A stretch of DNA of 63,985 bases, the filler included, from Trypethelium eluteriae (lineage: Eukaryota), in the NCBI GenBank assembly GCA_051942245.1. It is 3 parts of 3 records of this genome, joined end to end, with 100 filler letters (N's around TTAATTAATTAA, not from the genome) between each part and the next. Parts side by side here need not be neighbours in the genome. Positions count along the whole stretch, not along the records: positions 23,256 to 46,370 come from JAVECL010000431.1; positions 46,471 to 63,985 come from JAVECL010000586.1; 1 more part is not named here. One strand, given 5' to 3'. Numbering within the stretch: the stretch's first letter is position 1; each line of letters opens with the position of its first letter. The translations under genes were made by a program, and so were the position numbers. Under the pieces are notes generated by a model. The model did not search any database. It saw only the letters and a program-made list of their open reading frames with translations, and was not told where the DNA came from. Below, piece after piece: positions 37,286-50,300 of the stretch.

Positions 37286-38696
37286 ATGCCTGGACACCGG
37301 GCCATCTCAAAACTGGCACGCCCACCCCTGTCCCTACCCAAAGCGGATTTATCTCGACGCCCGCTTGGACAAAGGTCCCACAATGTATTCCAAAGTCGCA
37401 ACATGGCCGCCGTTGTGCCACCCGTCATGCAAGGCTCTACGGGCTCCAAGGGTCCCACCGCCATGGTCTTCATGAACATGGGCGGGCCCTCGACTACCGA
37501 CCAAGTCGGAGATTTCCTTAGCAGGCTTTTCGTACGCCCACCCCCAATCTGATTCCATTCCTGGCAAACCAGCCTTTGCTCTTTCCCCCTCCACCTCCCA
37601 TTGATCTTCGCTGTATCCTCAACTGACACTTCCCTCCTCCCACCAGGCCGACGGCGACCTCATCCCCCTCGGCCGCCTCCAAAACTACCTCGGCCCCCTC
37701 ATCTCCCGCCGGCGCACCCCCAAAATCCAAGCCCAGTACGCCGCCATCGGCGGCGGCTCTCCGATCCGGCGCTGGTCGGAGTACCAGTGCGCCGAGATGT
37801 GTCGGATCCTAGATCGTGTCTCGCCGCAAACCGCGCCCCACAAGCCGTACGTCGCGTTTCGGTACGCGGACCCGCTGACGGAGGAGATGTATGCCCGGCT
37901 GCTGGACGATGGGTTTGGTGGTGGTAAGGGCGGTAGGGCGGTCGCGTTCACTCAGTATCCGCAGTACTCGTGTAGTACGACTGGGAGTTCGCTGAATGAG
38001 CTGTGGAAGTGGCGGATGCGGCTCGAGGGGAGGAGAGCAGGGGTGGCGGGCCCGGAGGAGGGGTCGGAGGTAGGAGGTGGAGCGATACGGTGGAGTGTGA
38101 TTGATCGGTGGCCGGTGCATCCGGGGCTGGTGGACGCGTTTGCGCGGAATGTGGAGGCGAAGTTGGCGGAATATCCAGAGGAGAGGAGGGATAAGGTCGT
38201 GCTGTTGTTTTCAGCGCATAGTTTGCCGATGAGTGTGGTCAATCGCGGGGATCCATATCCGGCGGAGGTGGGAGCAACTGTGTATGCGGTGATGCAGCGA
38301 TTGGGGCTTTCAAATCCGTACCGGCTGGTTTGGCAGTCCCAAGTTGGTCCATCGGCGTGGCTTGGAGCACAAACGAGCGACACGGTCCAGCAGTATATTG
38401 CGAAAGGTCAGACCGATCTTGTCCTCATTCCTATAGCATTCACTTCGGACCATATCGAAACGTTATACGAGCTGGATCATGAGATTATCGGCGAGGCGGG
38501 GCAGGAAGGAGTGAAGCGGGCGGAGAGTCTGAATGGCAGTCCAGTGTTCATCGATGCATTGGCGGACATTGCAAAGAAGCACCTGGAGAGCGGCCATATT
38601 GCCAGCAAGCAAATGGGTCTGCGGTGCCCGGGATGCAAGAGCGAAAGGTGTTTGGAACAGAAAAAATTCTTCATGGAGCAGCAAGCTTCATTATAG
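37286..38696 (+). CDS. HEM15: Ferrochelatase, mitochondrial
   Basis: Basic presequence; FMNMGGP; intron 37532-37646; IGGGSPIRRWS; AFRYADP; QYPQYSCSTTGSS; LFSAHSLP; WQSQVGPSAWLG; FTSDHIETLYELD; CPGC...C cluster tail. Confidence 0.98.
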
Positions 38697-38951
38697 TGTA
38701 TACTCATTGGTGGTCTGTGTGATACTCGGATACGAGATCTTTTGTACATCTAGATATTTACATGTATACCCAAAATTCAACGCTAACCTCTTGTATGCGG
38801 CAAGCATGATGACAGTAGAAATCTATGACGCTTTATGCAATCAATCATCGCCGACGCCTCTATAAACAGCGCTGTGCACCAAGCTCTACATCCCGTATCC
38901 CAATGGTCAAGGTTGTCGTAGAATCATTGCTGAAAAGTCCAGCATTGAAAT

Positions 38952-40870
38952 TCATCGCACAACGGTGGTGTCGTCGTCACGTTCGTTGTTCGCGTGAACA
39001 TCCGTAGTACCGGAATCTGGCTCGCGGACATACACTGCGGGAGTTGATTAATTGATGTTCACCTTCATCAATAATAAGGGTGTATCTCACCATGTGGTTT
39101 CACAAACCAACTCAGAAAAAACGCAACGCCAAAAGTGGCTGTTAGAAAAACGAAAACAGTCTGCGTGAACTTTCCAACTGTCTTGCTGTAAATTGCATTG
39201 AACACCGTAGGCGCAACTACTCTGGCAAGTGCATGGAGCAAGCCTGATGCTCCGAGTAACTGACCCGTCTTGTCTGCAGGAATATGCTTTGTGAGTGCCG
39301 CTTGCAGGGTTGGGCTTCCAATGCCTCCAATAGCAGCAACACAACCGGACAAAATCATTAGCTCTGGCTTGCGAGCCAGGGTATATCCTAGGTATCCCAA
39401 GGTATCGAAAAGGACTGCCAGGCGTACGATGCCGAGGTCGAAATTATCGCTACCGGTGTTCGCCAATTTGGACGTATCTCGACGACCGCGGAAAATGCGT
39501 GTAATGATTGGGAGGATGCCGATGAGAGCAATGACCCGGCAACTGCTAACGATAGAGATGAATTTGCTAGATTCATAGTTTCCCCAGCCAAATTGATACT
39601 CGGTATAGTAGATTACAACGGACATGCTTCCCATAGCGACACCAAACATGATAGTGTCGATTGAGGCCAACAGGATAAGGTTTCTGCGCACGGCAGCGCT
39701 GGTTCCGCGTCCCGTGGGCCAGAGTATTTTGAGAGGCTCGAAAAGATTGCCGATACGAACGATTCGGAGCAAACTCGAACTACAGTAGTGGGCGGGACCA
39801 ATGCTCTCGAGCTCTTCGCGATACTTTTCTCGGGCAGCATCTTGCCGGCGTCTTGACAGAGACTCTGGGACGACAAGAGTAACGAAGATGATAAAGAAAA
39901 GATGAGTGCCGATGGCCATCCAGAATACTGAAAGGACAGTCCCAGTAGCTTTGATGACAAAAGCGGCCAAGATGGGACCGAGAGCAATTCCCGTAAAAAG
40001 ACATCCATGGTACATGCCGAAGGCAACATTGCGGTGTGATGGAGGCGTGCAATCGGTTGCGTAAGCGTGCGCCAGGGACATGGCAGCTATGAACGACCCA
40101 CAAATACCATCAAGCGCAAAGCCGAGGAGAAGCCAATTCGTATTGAACGAATCAAGGTTCATGGCAGCGATGATGCAAAGGCACTCGGTTCCGAGTGTTC
40201 CAATGCTGGTAATGATGATAAGTTTCTTGCGACCGTATCGATCCGAAAGAGCTCCAAGCTTTGGGCTGATGATAGCGGAGAGAATTCCGGAGATAAGATT
40301 TCCGTACAATGTGAAAAGTGACACTTTTGATTGTACCTCGTCATTCTTCCGGCAGATTGTGTCGTCGCCTCCCAATACAACAGGATTGAAGGTAAAAGTA
40401 GGGTCCGAGATTGATCGGTCTACGAGGACTTCGCGACAAATAAGGTCCAGATAAAGGTTCATGCGTGGGACGATAATACCGCCAAAGGCAAAGGCGTGGA
40501 ATAAGAATGGCACAAGCATCCAATAGACCTACATGGAAATTTTTTGCATTAGCAGGGACCCAGGTTTGTGTCACGATGGTTGACTGACTGAAGGTTTCCG
40601 ATACCATGGGCGACCCTTGAACTCCTCCTCTTCTTCCCAGGGCGGGTCGCGACCTTGCCGGACTCCATCTTCTGTTTGCGCTCCCAGCAGCGGTGCATTT
40701 TCGTCATGCTGCGGCGCTTCTGACCTCACTGAGAAAGCTCCTACGCCTCCCTTTGCGGCAACCACGCTGCCTTCTCCAGCATGGCTTGCTTGCCCAGGTT
40801 TGCCGAGAGTTTGTGTGGGTATCCCAGCGTCCACCTCAGCATCGGCTTGGAAGACGCCGCCATGGGTCAT
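38952..40870 (-). CDS. MFS transporter (tetracycline-efflux / SLC46-like)
   Basis: PWYRKPS|...LLVPF; motif A LGALSDRYGRK; ~12 hydrophobic helices; GQLLGASGLLHALARVVAP; two introns. Confidence 0.9.
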
Positions 40871-41607
40871 GTTGCCGATAACTGCGCGGAGTTCCGGTGT
40901 GAAAGACGGGGTGAATAAGGATCAAAGGCAGGACAAAAGCATCAGTGTCAATGGACTATCAGCTGAGCTTTTAAAGTAATATCCACGCGGATGAGAAAGA
41001 GAACGCTCCGATGCTTATGCCGGCTGCTTCATGATTGTTTCAAAAGTGTAAGCTCGAACTGAGATGGAGCTTTGGCACTGAGATATGGGTAGAATGCCAT
41101 TGTCTGATTAGCAAGCATGGCCCGTAATATAGGTTGGTGACGGGACAATGATTGGCGTTTGCGGACATCAATTCGTCATTGATCCGCCGTGCCGCCTTTC
41201 GGAAGTTGGCGACTCCCAAAGACCGCGCTAGACTAGCATATCTTAAATGGTGGCCATCAAATGAACCCTCACGAAACTATCTGACATAGTGCACATTACG
41301 TACGCAACCCACAGTTGTGTTCTCCATTCCTACAGGCGTGCTTTGTTCGACGGTGGAATGCCATACCAGCAGCATCTCTGCGTGACCACAGCACGCATGG
41401 GAATGTCAAAGGTGCAGCACCGGGAATCTTAAAATCCGACGTCGGTCCGATCCGAGCACATGGGAAATCTCGATGTGCTTCGTCTGCACCGGATGCTACG
41501 GCTGCTTGAAAACAATACCAAGGTAATTCAGGGATAAGCAGCTAGAAATAATGAACACTCATGTTTACGAGGCCTCGAACAAGGACGCTATGATGGATTG
41601 ACAATTT

Positions 41608-43967
41608 CTACCAAGTTTCCTGTTTGTAGCGGCCTGTTTGTTCCATCTGCACAATGTACGCTTCGGCTTCAGCGGGGTTGATGTCTCCTCCCGTTTCTAT
41701 TGCCTTAGCAAGCGCTGCTCGGACTGCTTTGGGCATATTGCCGGAAGAGCTAGTCACTCCCATCAGCGAGCTGGTCAAATAAGGTTTGGCTGGTAAGTGA
41801 ATGTACAGTACTTACCCTGAAACGTAGACTAGTCCCCCACGAGTGTACAAAAGCTCAAATACCCTAGTAGCCTCTTCCTTGATTCTATCCTGAACGTAGA
41901 TCTTCTGTCTCTGCTAAAAGGTCAGCCTTGAGCACTCCACAATGTCTATTATGAACCAGACCTGATCTCGAGAGAATGCTGTGTATACGTCAAGCCTTCC
42001 AGCGTCATGTAATCTCTTCCACTCATCCCGAAAGAAGTAGTCCGCCTTTTCATTGCGGGAGCCATAAAACAGTATGTCCTGGGCGACCTTTCCTTGTATC
42101 TGGTCTTCCGCCCAGACATCCCTCTCAAGGATGAGTGACCTCATGGGAGCAACTCCAGTGCCTGGACCAATCATGATCACTGGCTTCTCTGCCTCTGCCC
42201 GGGTAATATGCAACCCTCCCCTTTCAATGGTGACGCTGAGCCTCTGGCCGGCATTAAGACTTGCGAGATAGCGCGTGCAGACACCCTGCCGCACGCGCTT
42301 AATGACTGTGCGATATTTGACGACTGCAACTAGCAGCTCAATCCGAGTGCCTCCATGAGACAGAGTTTTGAGGTTGCCACCGCTAGCAATACTGAACTGT
42401 CGTCCATGTATAGTAGGCAGTAGGGTTGCTGCCCATTTCCAAGGAAGTTTGACAGTATGAAATTCCTGTAATACTTCCAGAATGCTCCGACGGGGTCGAG
42501 TAGTATAGTCGTACAAATCTTGGAGGTTTTGCGGGTCAGCAAATTCAAGTAGACGTTCTTTTTGGTCACTGTCATTTGTGAAATGTGCCATCATGACGAA
42601 AAAGGAGCGGCGTGGTATCGACATGATATCCAAGTGATTGGTCAATAACGAGCGGAGGGTGAGCTTGGGGTATTCTTCGAGTATCGCTGCAATGACTGGG
42701 CGCTGATATGCCTTGTCTACCAACGAACCGCTTGGCTCAAACAAAAGTGGCTCATCTGCCACGGTTGACCATCTCATGAGCGAGATAAATTCATTTACAT
42801 CTTCGGCAAAATTCTTGGGATTAATTGTCAAGACATCGCCTGGACCATATGGGATGTGTTCGGCAAAAGAAAATACCAAATGTCGCACATCCTGCTCATG
42901 AGTTTCCGGAGTCACACGGGTGTTACTCTCTACTCTTGCAATTATGGATCCAGGCATAGGCAGAGGGAGTTCCTCAAGTTCTGTCCTGTCCGCTCCGTTG
43001 GATTTTGGCTCTGGTTCTCCATTCGAAGTGATGCCTGGAACGCCCGTGGCTTGCCTCAGAAACCATTGTGGCTCTAGAAAGACCTTCTCAGGCACTGGGC
43101 TGGTTCCTAATGGTAGCGGATACAATTTAAGCAACGCATCACGGAACGATTGAGCCCATGGAAGGAAGCTGTTTTCTAGGCTAAGGTGGCCATGTCAGCT
43201 CTGCTCGCTCTAGCCTGACGCAAGGCATCCAGTCGAAGAAGGAGCTGGATTGTGCGTACCCTTCTGGATCTTGTTCATCGGCTTCTCCCTTGGCTAGAAT
43301 CGGCTGTGCACCGAGCTGCGCGAGCCGGTTGTACAACTTACGGTGCGCGAAGTTAAACCTACGATCTGTAAGAGATTTCCTTGGACGATATTTGCTAGTC
43401 TGTATGGTTTAACGTAGTGCCTACTTAGGGTAAGAACTGTCGCCGAGTCCAAAGGATGCGAATCGTAGTGCTCTCAATACACCTGGTCGAAGTCGAGTGC
43501 TCCTCAGGTTAGCCCAAAAAGATCGGGCATTTGCTGGAAGGTCGCCTTGGCCAGTTGTGGATATAGCAACAGCCAAGAAATCATGCTTTGGGAGATCACG
43601 CTTTCATCGATCAGCAGATTTCTGGCGGTCTGCGGTACATTCCAACAGGCGGCTAGTCGTGGCGGTGAAGGGGTGACGAATTTAATGGTCGCCACTGGAA
43701 GAATTGAAAGCTGAAATTTGCAGATACAAGCAGCGCAGAACCTACGATTGGAGTTGAGTTCAAGTCGCATATGCGAGTAGAGAAGCGAAGACGCTCTGCG
43801 ATTCGTGCCAGCTCTTCGGCGGCCTCCTGGGCGTTGCCAGTCTCTGAGCCATAGCAGACCAGGGCAGTACGACCGGGCAGAGGACCGGCTCCTAGAGGCA
43901 GTCTTAATACGATGGATCTGGGTTCTCAGAGCCTCATTTGATGGATAGACGTACGGCAGGGGTCCAT
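41608..43967 (-). CDS. TAH18: NADPH-dependent diflavin oxidoreductase 1 (Tah18/NDOR1), multi-exon
   Basis: YGSETGNAQ; STTGQGDLP; FGLGDSSYP; GEADEQ; RQFSIAS; GVCTRYL; IGPGTGVAPMRS; AFSRDQ; C-terminal QETW*. Confidence 0.96.
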
Positions 43968-44515
43968 CCAAGAACCGTCAAGGACCATTCAAGGACTGCA
44001 GGTGGAAATGTGAGGCGTGTGTACGTGCGGTGCAGTTGCGTGAGTGGCTCCTCCCCGAATGGAGATTAGCGGGTCTCGTGGTCGTGAAGGGTCGTGAGGG
44101 TTGCGAGGTCCTCCAAGGCGGAAAAGGCAAGCGTGGGCTCGGCTAGCCTGCCTAGCCACCCTAGCGTCATATAATTTTGAATCACCCCTTCCGCTGCCTC
44201 TGCTCCCTCTTCTTTCACCATCAAGTCAATCTCACAAGGACAATCAACTGCACTCACCAACTTGCTGCACTCAAGCTACTTGGGCACCAAGCTACCCAGA
44301 TCAACTCCCTCTCGACAACTGCTTCCCACTTGCCATCGCCAAGTCTTCTCAGTCTCTTCTTTACTCGTTCACAGGCAGACCCCAAGGTTCTACCAGGACA
44401 GCACTTAGTTTCCCTTCAAGCTTTTACACGTCCCTCAGTACTTCGCGCCTTCGAAGTATTCGATCGACCACTTATTCGTGTCCATCAATCAACAAAACTT
44501 ACAGATAAAACAATA

Positions 44516-45736
44516 ATGTCCTCCACTGCTGCTGACAGTGCCACCGCCCAGATGGCAAACACCACCCTTGATCAGCCCACCGGCACTGCCGAAGGTGCCA
44601 GCGTCGGAGCTGGCGGTGACAAGCCTATCAATGCCTCCCAGAACGAGGCTGTCATCGCTAGCGCTGCTGAGGGTCGGAGACTTTACATCGGGAACCTCGC
44701 TTATGCGTCCACCGAGGGGGAGTTGAAAGACTTCTTCAAGGATTACCTGGTGTATGTGACTCACCAATCTCATTCACTCTACGAAGACCTTCAATGCTGA
44801 CTCAGTCGTAGCGAAACGACTTCAATCCCGACCAACCCACGAACAACCCGGCCCGTCGGCTATGCCTTTGTTGACCTCTCAACTCCTTCGGAGGCCGAAA
44901 GGGCTATCGCCGAATTGAATGGAAAAACAATCATGGACCGTAAGGTTTCTGTTCAACTTGCTCGTAAACCTGACGAGGCCGGAAATGAGGGAGAAGGTGA
45001 GAACCAGCGCCGCCGCTCTTCTGGGCGTGGATCTCGTGGCCGTGGTCGTGGCCGTGGTGGTCGTTCCGGCCGTGGAGCACGTGGCGTAAGTGTACTTTGG
45101 TGATATGTAGCATCCGAGCTTTGCTAAATTCCTTCATAGGCTCGCAAGAGTGTTGGCGCTACTACCAATGGCGAAACCACGACGGATGGCCCCACCAACG
45201 TTCCAGGGCAGGTGTTGCCTCTCACTGAAACCACAAACGAGGCTTTGACCGCCACTGAAGGTACTGAAGGAACCACCACTATCGATGCTGCGAAGGCCAA
45301 GGGTGCGGTCCGCGAGCGCAAGCAGCGTGGACCTCCTGAGGATGGTGTCCCATCAAAGACCAAGGTCATGGTCGCCAATCTACCCTACGACCTCCAAGAG
45401 AGCAAGCTTATGGAAATCTTCGACGCGTACACTCCTCAATCGGCCAAGATTGCCCTGCGTCCTATCCCACGCTTCATGGTTCGTAAGCTTCAGGCTCGCG
45501 GCGAACCCCGCAAGGGCCGTGGCTTCGGCTTCGTTACTCTGGCCTCCGAGGAACTACAGCAGAAGGCTTGCTCCGAGATGAATGGCAAGGAGATTGAGGG
45601 TCGCGAGATCGCTGTCAAAGTTGCTATCGACAGTCCCGGCAAGGAGGACGAGGACATCAACGCTGCCGCTGAAGAAGCACTCAATGCCCCTTCTACTGCT
45701 GAGGGCTCTGCCAACGTCAACACTGCTACTGCATAA
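44516..45736 (+). CDS. Two-RRM RNA-binding protein with RGG linker
   Basis: RRLYIGNLAY; VGYAFVD; RGRGRGGRSGRGARG; KVMVANLPY; GRGFGFVT. Introns 44752-44811 and 45086-45139. Confidence 0.92.
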
Positions 45737-46370
45737 ATTCCACGCTCTCTCCCATAATCGGCAATAACAAGATGCTGCTCGAGCATTCGCCACAGTGTTT
45801 AGCCTAACGCATCCCTTCAGTCGAGCACCACGTCTCATCAGACTTCAACTCAATACACTATACTACCCTTGCACAGCGCTACTTTCAAGTCAACCATTGT
45901 CCCCTAATCAACACAAGACAGAAGTGCGAACTCACTCGAATCAGGTCATAGCACATCACGATCCTTTGATTACACTTTGAACTACTTCTACCTATGTCTT
46001 TCTAGCCTAGGTTTTGCATGTACTATTAGATAGGAAGATACTAGGGCCGGGAGGTCATTTACTCTTCAGATACCGCTAGAAGAAAAAAGATTTTTTCCAA
46101 GCTTCCTCAATCGCTCGCTTGTTTTGTGATGCACATGCACTGATGATGGTCATCTTGTCACAGCACATCTCATGCCTTCTTAACGTGTGCGGCATGCCCA
46201 CCTAGGACGCCCACCATACTGATTAAAATCCAAGATTATCACTACAAGTACAGACTACTTGCGCACTCGTCACAAGCGCGCTCCATCCCAACGCTAATCC
46301 CGAATTTTTAACACCAGCAACATCTGCCCATCCATTCACCTCCCTAGCCCCAACCAAGACCTTACGTCCC

Positions 46371-46470
46371 NNNNNNNNNNNNNNNNNNNNNNNNNNNNNN
46401 NNNNNNNNNNNNNNTTAATTAATTAANNNNNNNNNNNNNNNNNNNNNNNNNNNNNNNNNNNNNNNNNNNN
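46371..46470. other. Artificial contig-joining spacer
   Basis: 44 N + TTAATTAATTAA + 44 N. Confidence 0.98.
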
Positions 46471-47385
46471 CCCAGTGACCCCCTCCCAAGTTCCCCCCTT
46501 CACTGTTTCTTTGGAAACGTTCACGGCCTGGGCTTGGCATCGAGGTTTTGCCTCGTCCACATTGTGCTTAGCTTTCCGCTGCTGTCAGAGCTTATCATGA
46601 GATTGTGGACATGTTCATCCGTTTGATTGCCACAACCCGTCCTGTTTGGTCGGGCTCATCTTAGCGAGGCCGGTTGGCAGTCATCTTCATCTGTTACAGC
46701 TTTGGCACGAGGCTCTTACTGTCATTAGATGATGGCCGGTCCTGGCTCTGGGTCGGTAGTGGATGAGTGGGTGAGTGGGTACGTCGACGTGGCGGGAAAG
46801 AGCCATCCGGAACATGAAGCGCTTGGAAGTCGCTTCTGCCGCGGAATTCCCAAATCCGATCACGCATCAAGCATCAACTCGTCTACGCGTTCAATCCTGC
46901 ACCAAGTCTTGGCGCCGAAACAGTCGTACCTGCAAAAGAAACTGCCGTTGATATCAACACTCTGCTAGGATAACTACCATCCGATACTAGAAAAACAATT
47001 CAAAGCCTCGACCACCAGTTCCATCTACCAACCCATCCCTCGCCCTTCCTCTGCCAGTCCCAGCCAATGTACATACACTACTTGCAATTTCCTTCTCACT
47101 AGTGATGCCATTTAACAATATTAGACTTCCTGACATACTCGCTGTCCATGCACAAAACTACAAACTGCTCTTCCAAAAATGGTCCTCCTAAATAACTAGA
47201 TGCTCCAGTACAAATGAGTGGCTGTTGGCCGTGATCGCCATGTAAATGATTATAGAAACTAGAGCCGCCGGTCGGCAATGGCACGTCTATGCAAAGTCGG
47301 ATAGTGCTGCACTGCACATCTCTGTCGCAGTTGGGATAGCTTGAAATTAAATATGTCGCAGAAGCCCGTGAATCGAAGTATGAGT

Positions 47386-50300
47386 CTAGAGGGCGTAAGG
47401 ATTAAGAGACCGGATGGTCAAGCATCTGCAAAAAAAACAGTGTCAGTACAAAGCCAACCGTAGCGAATTCAACAGCCAACTTACGGTGGACTCTTCGTCA
47501 AGTCCGTCTTGAGAATCACGGGAACTCTCGACATCTCAGTGACGTCTTGAATGTAGTCACCATTCACCTCACGCAACTTGAACAGACTTAGGTATTTCTC
47601 CTTGTTAGTCAATTTGCTCTCCGGCCCGTCGCCGCCGCTGTGCACAATATTCGAGTCAGAGTTGGTACGGTGTGCAAGACCGTTTCTAGTTGGTGATGGT
47701 GGCATGCTCTGGGTAGGGCGATCGGAATTTTGATTGAGTGAGACTCCAGCCATACCACTGTGAATTTCGGAAGTGCCGTCATCGTCATCGTCGAAAAGAG
47801 CATCAACGTCGTCGGTAGACATGGTTCCGGTATCCATCTGCTTACGCTGAGCCTCCTCCTTTTCTTGAGAGCGTTGCTTAGCGACCTGAGCAGCACGCGC
47901 TGAAGCTGCAGTGTTGCCACCCCGGTGCGATCCCTTCGACGGGCGCTCGTCCTCGGGGATGTAGGTAGATGATGGATATCCCTTCTCCCAGTACAACTCA
48001 AGGATGCGCTTGTTCTTATCGAACTCGGCCTTCTTCAGCGGAAGCTGGTCGCAGTGAACACGTTTCTCAAAACCGTACTCGGGGATAAGAACATCAAAAG
48101 CCGACTCGTAGACACAGATAACAACACCCTCGCTGATGAGGTCTGTGCCAAGGTCTTGGCGCTTCCTGTCCATCATGCGGCACGATTCAATGTGAACACT
48201 TTGCTCCTGAGCGCAACGAGCCGAGTCTTTCTTCGTATTGCATGTTTCAGCAGTCTTGGTGAGAGACTCAATATCCTCAGTAAACTCAACAGCTCCATCA
48301 GAAAGAACACTTTCGAGTTGGCGATGGACCACAATGTCGGCGTAACGCCTGGATGGATTGGTGAAATGCGTGTAAAGCGGGAGGTTCAACGCATAGTGGG
48401 GATACTGCTCAGGAGATTGCTTAGGAGGCACAAAGTACTTGGCACGTGGCATGGCTTTGACCAACAACGTTTCCATGCCTTTGCGGATATCTTCATCTTG
48501 CACCTTGAACAGGCTATTTTGAAGACTGCCACTGCTCTCGGGGTCGATTTCAAAGCCAATCGCCGTCATGCGCTCTGCAAAGGTCTGCAGTCGTCGAGGA
48601 TTCGGCGAAGCTTGGCGGCGAAGTAGAGCCTTGTCTGGGAGACCAGCAAAGATCTTCTTGGCGACAAAAGAGTTTGTCAAATGGCTTAGTTCCTCGATTA
48701 ATTCGTGAGCGGGAGAAGAATCGAAAATGTTCTGTTCCACAGGAACGTTCTCGTCGTCAAGCTGATAAAGCAAGCGGAGCGGAGGAATGGTACTAGACCT
48801 GCCACCAAAACGTGCTTCCTGAAGCTTCTGACAAACGTGAAACAGTGTTTTGATGACTTGGGAGCGGCTGTCATCCAGGCCAGAAGTACCCTTGCCGGAA
48901 ATGACGGCATCGACTTGGTCGTAGGCAAGTTTGCCAGAGCTCTTAATCACAGCCTTGCCCGCCCAAGTGCTCTGCTCCACGACATTGCCGGACTGCGGTT
49001 CGATCTCGAAGACAACCGAGACCGTGTATCGCTCTTCCCCGGGGCTAAGACAGCAGATCTCGGAGGAGAGCTTGGGTGGGAGCATAGGAACGCTACGATT
49101 CATGAGGTAGACTCCTGTTCCACGTTTCTTCGCTTCGCGATCGACGAGGGAATTGGTCTTGATGAAATGAGCGACATCAGCAACGTGGACACCGATTTCC
49201 ACGTTTCCATTAGGAAGATTCTTGAAGTGAATGGCATCGTCCAGTTCCTTGCAGCCATTTGGATCGATAGTGAATGTCTGCTCTTCGCGGAAATCGCGAC
49301 GAGTCTTTAGCACGTCTTCGCCATCTTTAGCAACAGACCAATCGTCGAAGCCAACATTCTTGAGAACAGCATCGGTGAAATCGTCTGGTCCGAAGTTGTT
49401 GTCACGCAGTAGCGCATCGGTTTCCACCTTAAGGTCACCCATCTCGCCAAGCTGTTCGACAAGAGTTCCGAACGGATGAAGAGAAGTGATGGGCCAGCGC
49501 TTGATACAGGCCACGAAGATGCGATTCGCATAGTCCTGATGCTTCTCAACAAAGTCGCGCGGAGCTTGCTCAGTCGGAATTGCAATAAGAGGAACACGTT
49601 TGTCGGTAGGTTTAAACCAGACAATCTTGGGTTTGTCTTGTTGTCGATCCTGCTGATTGTTCCTATTGTTGCCCTCCCGCGCTTGACGCTCAGCCTCCTG
49701 CTTCTCCTTGGTGGCTTGGCTGCTGGGTCGCAAAAGACCAAGAGTACCAGAGAACATTTGCCCAGCAACACGCTCAATGACAGCCACAACATGGCCGGCA
49801 TATAAGGGCTTCTGCTCATCATTGATTTCTTCCTCCTCCATCAACAGCAGACTCTGCCCTTCGACCTCGACATCGTCATTCTTCTTTTGCGTCGGACGCT
49901 GTCTCAAGCTTCCTCGCCTTCGAATGCCACCATCGGCTCCATTCTGACTCGTCTCAGGCTGAGTGGTTGCATCATTGACTGCGGTGTTGCCCCCGCGATT
50001 GTCGGTAACGTCTTTGCGCTTCTTTTTCTCCTCCTTTTCGCGCTTCTGACCCCAGACCTCGTCCACATCGAGAAGCTCAATTGCAACCAGGTCACCTTCA
50101 AGAGCACGGTTCCTGTCCTTGCTACCACAAATAAAGATGTCGGCGTCAAGATCAGTAGTCGTGACGTAAGCATCGCTGCGATTCTTCTTGTTGACGCGAA
50201 GGATGCCAGCAACAAGCTGACCGTCGGTGAGGAGAGTAGGCAAGTTAGCCTGAGGCAAATATGGGGTGAATAAGGTCTTGCGTTGTTGCTGCTGCTGTTG

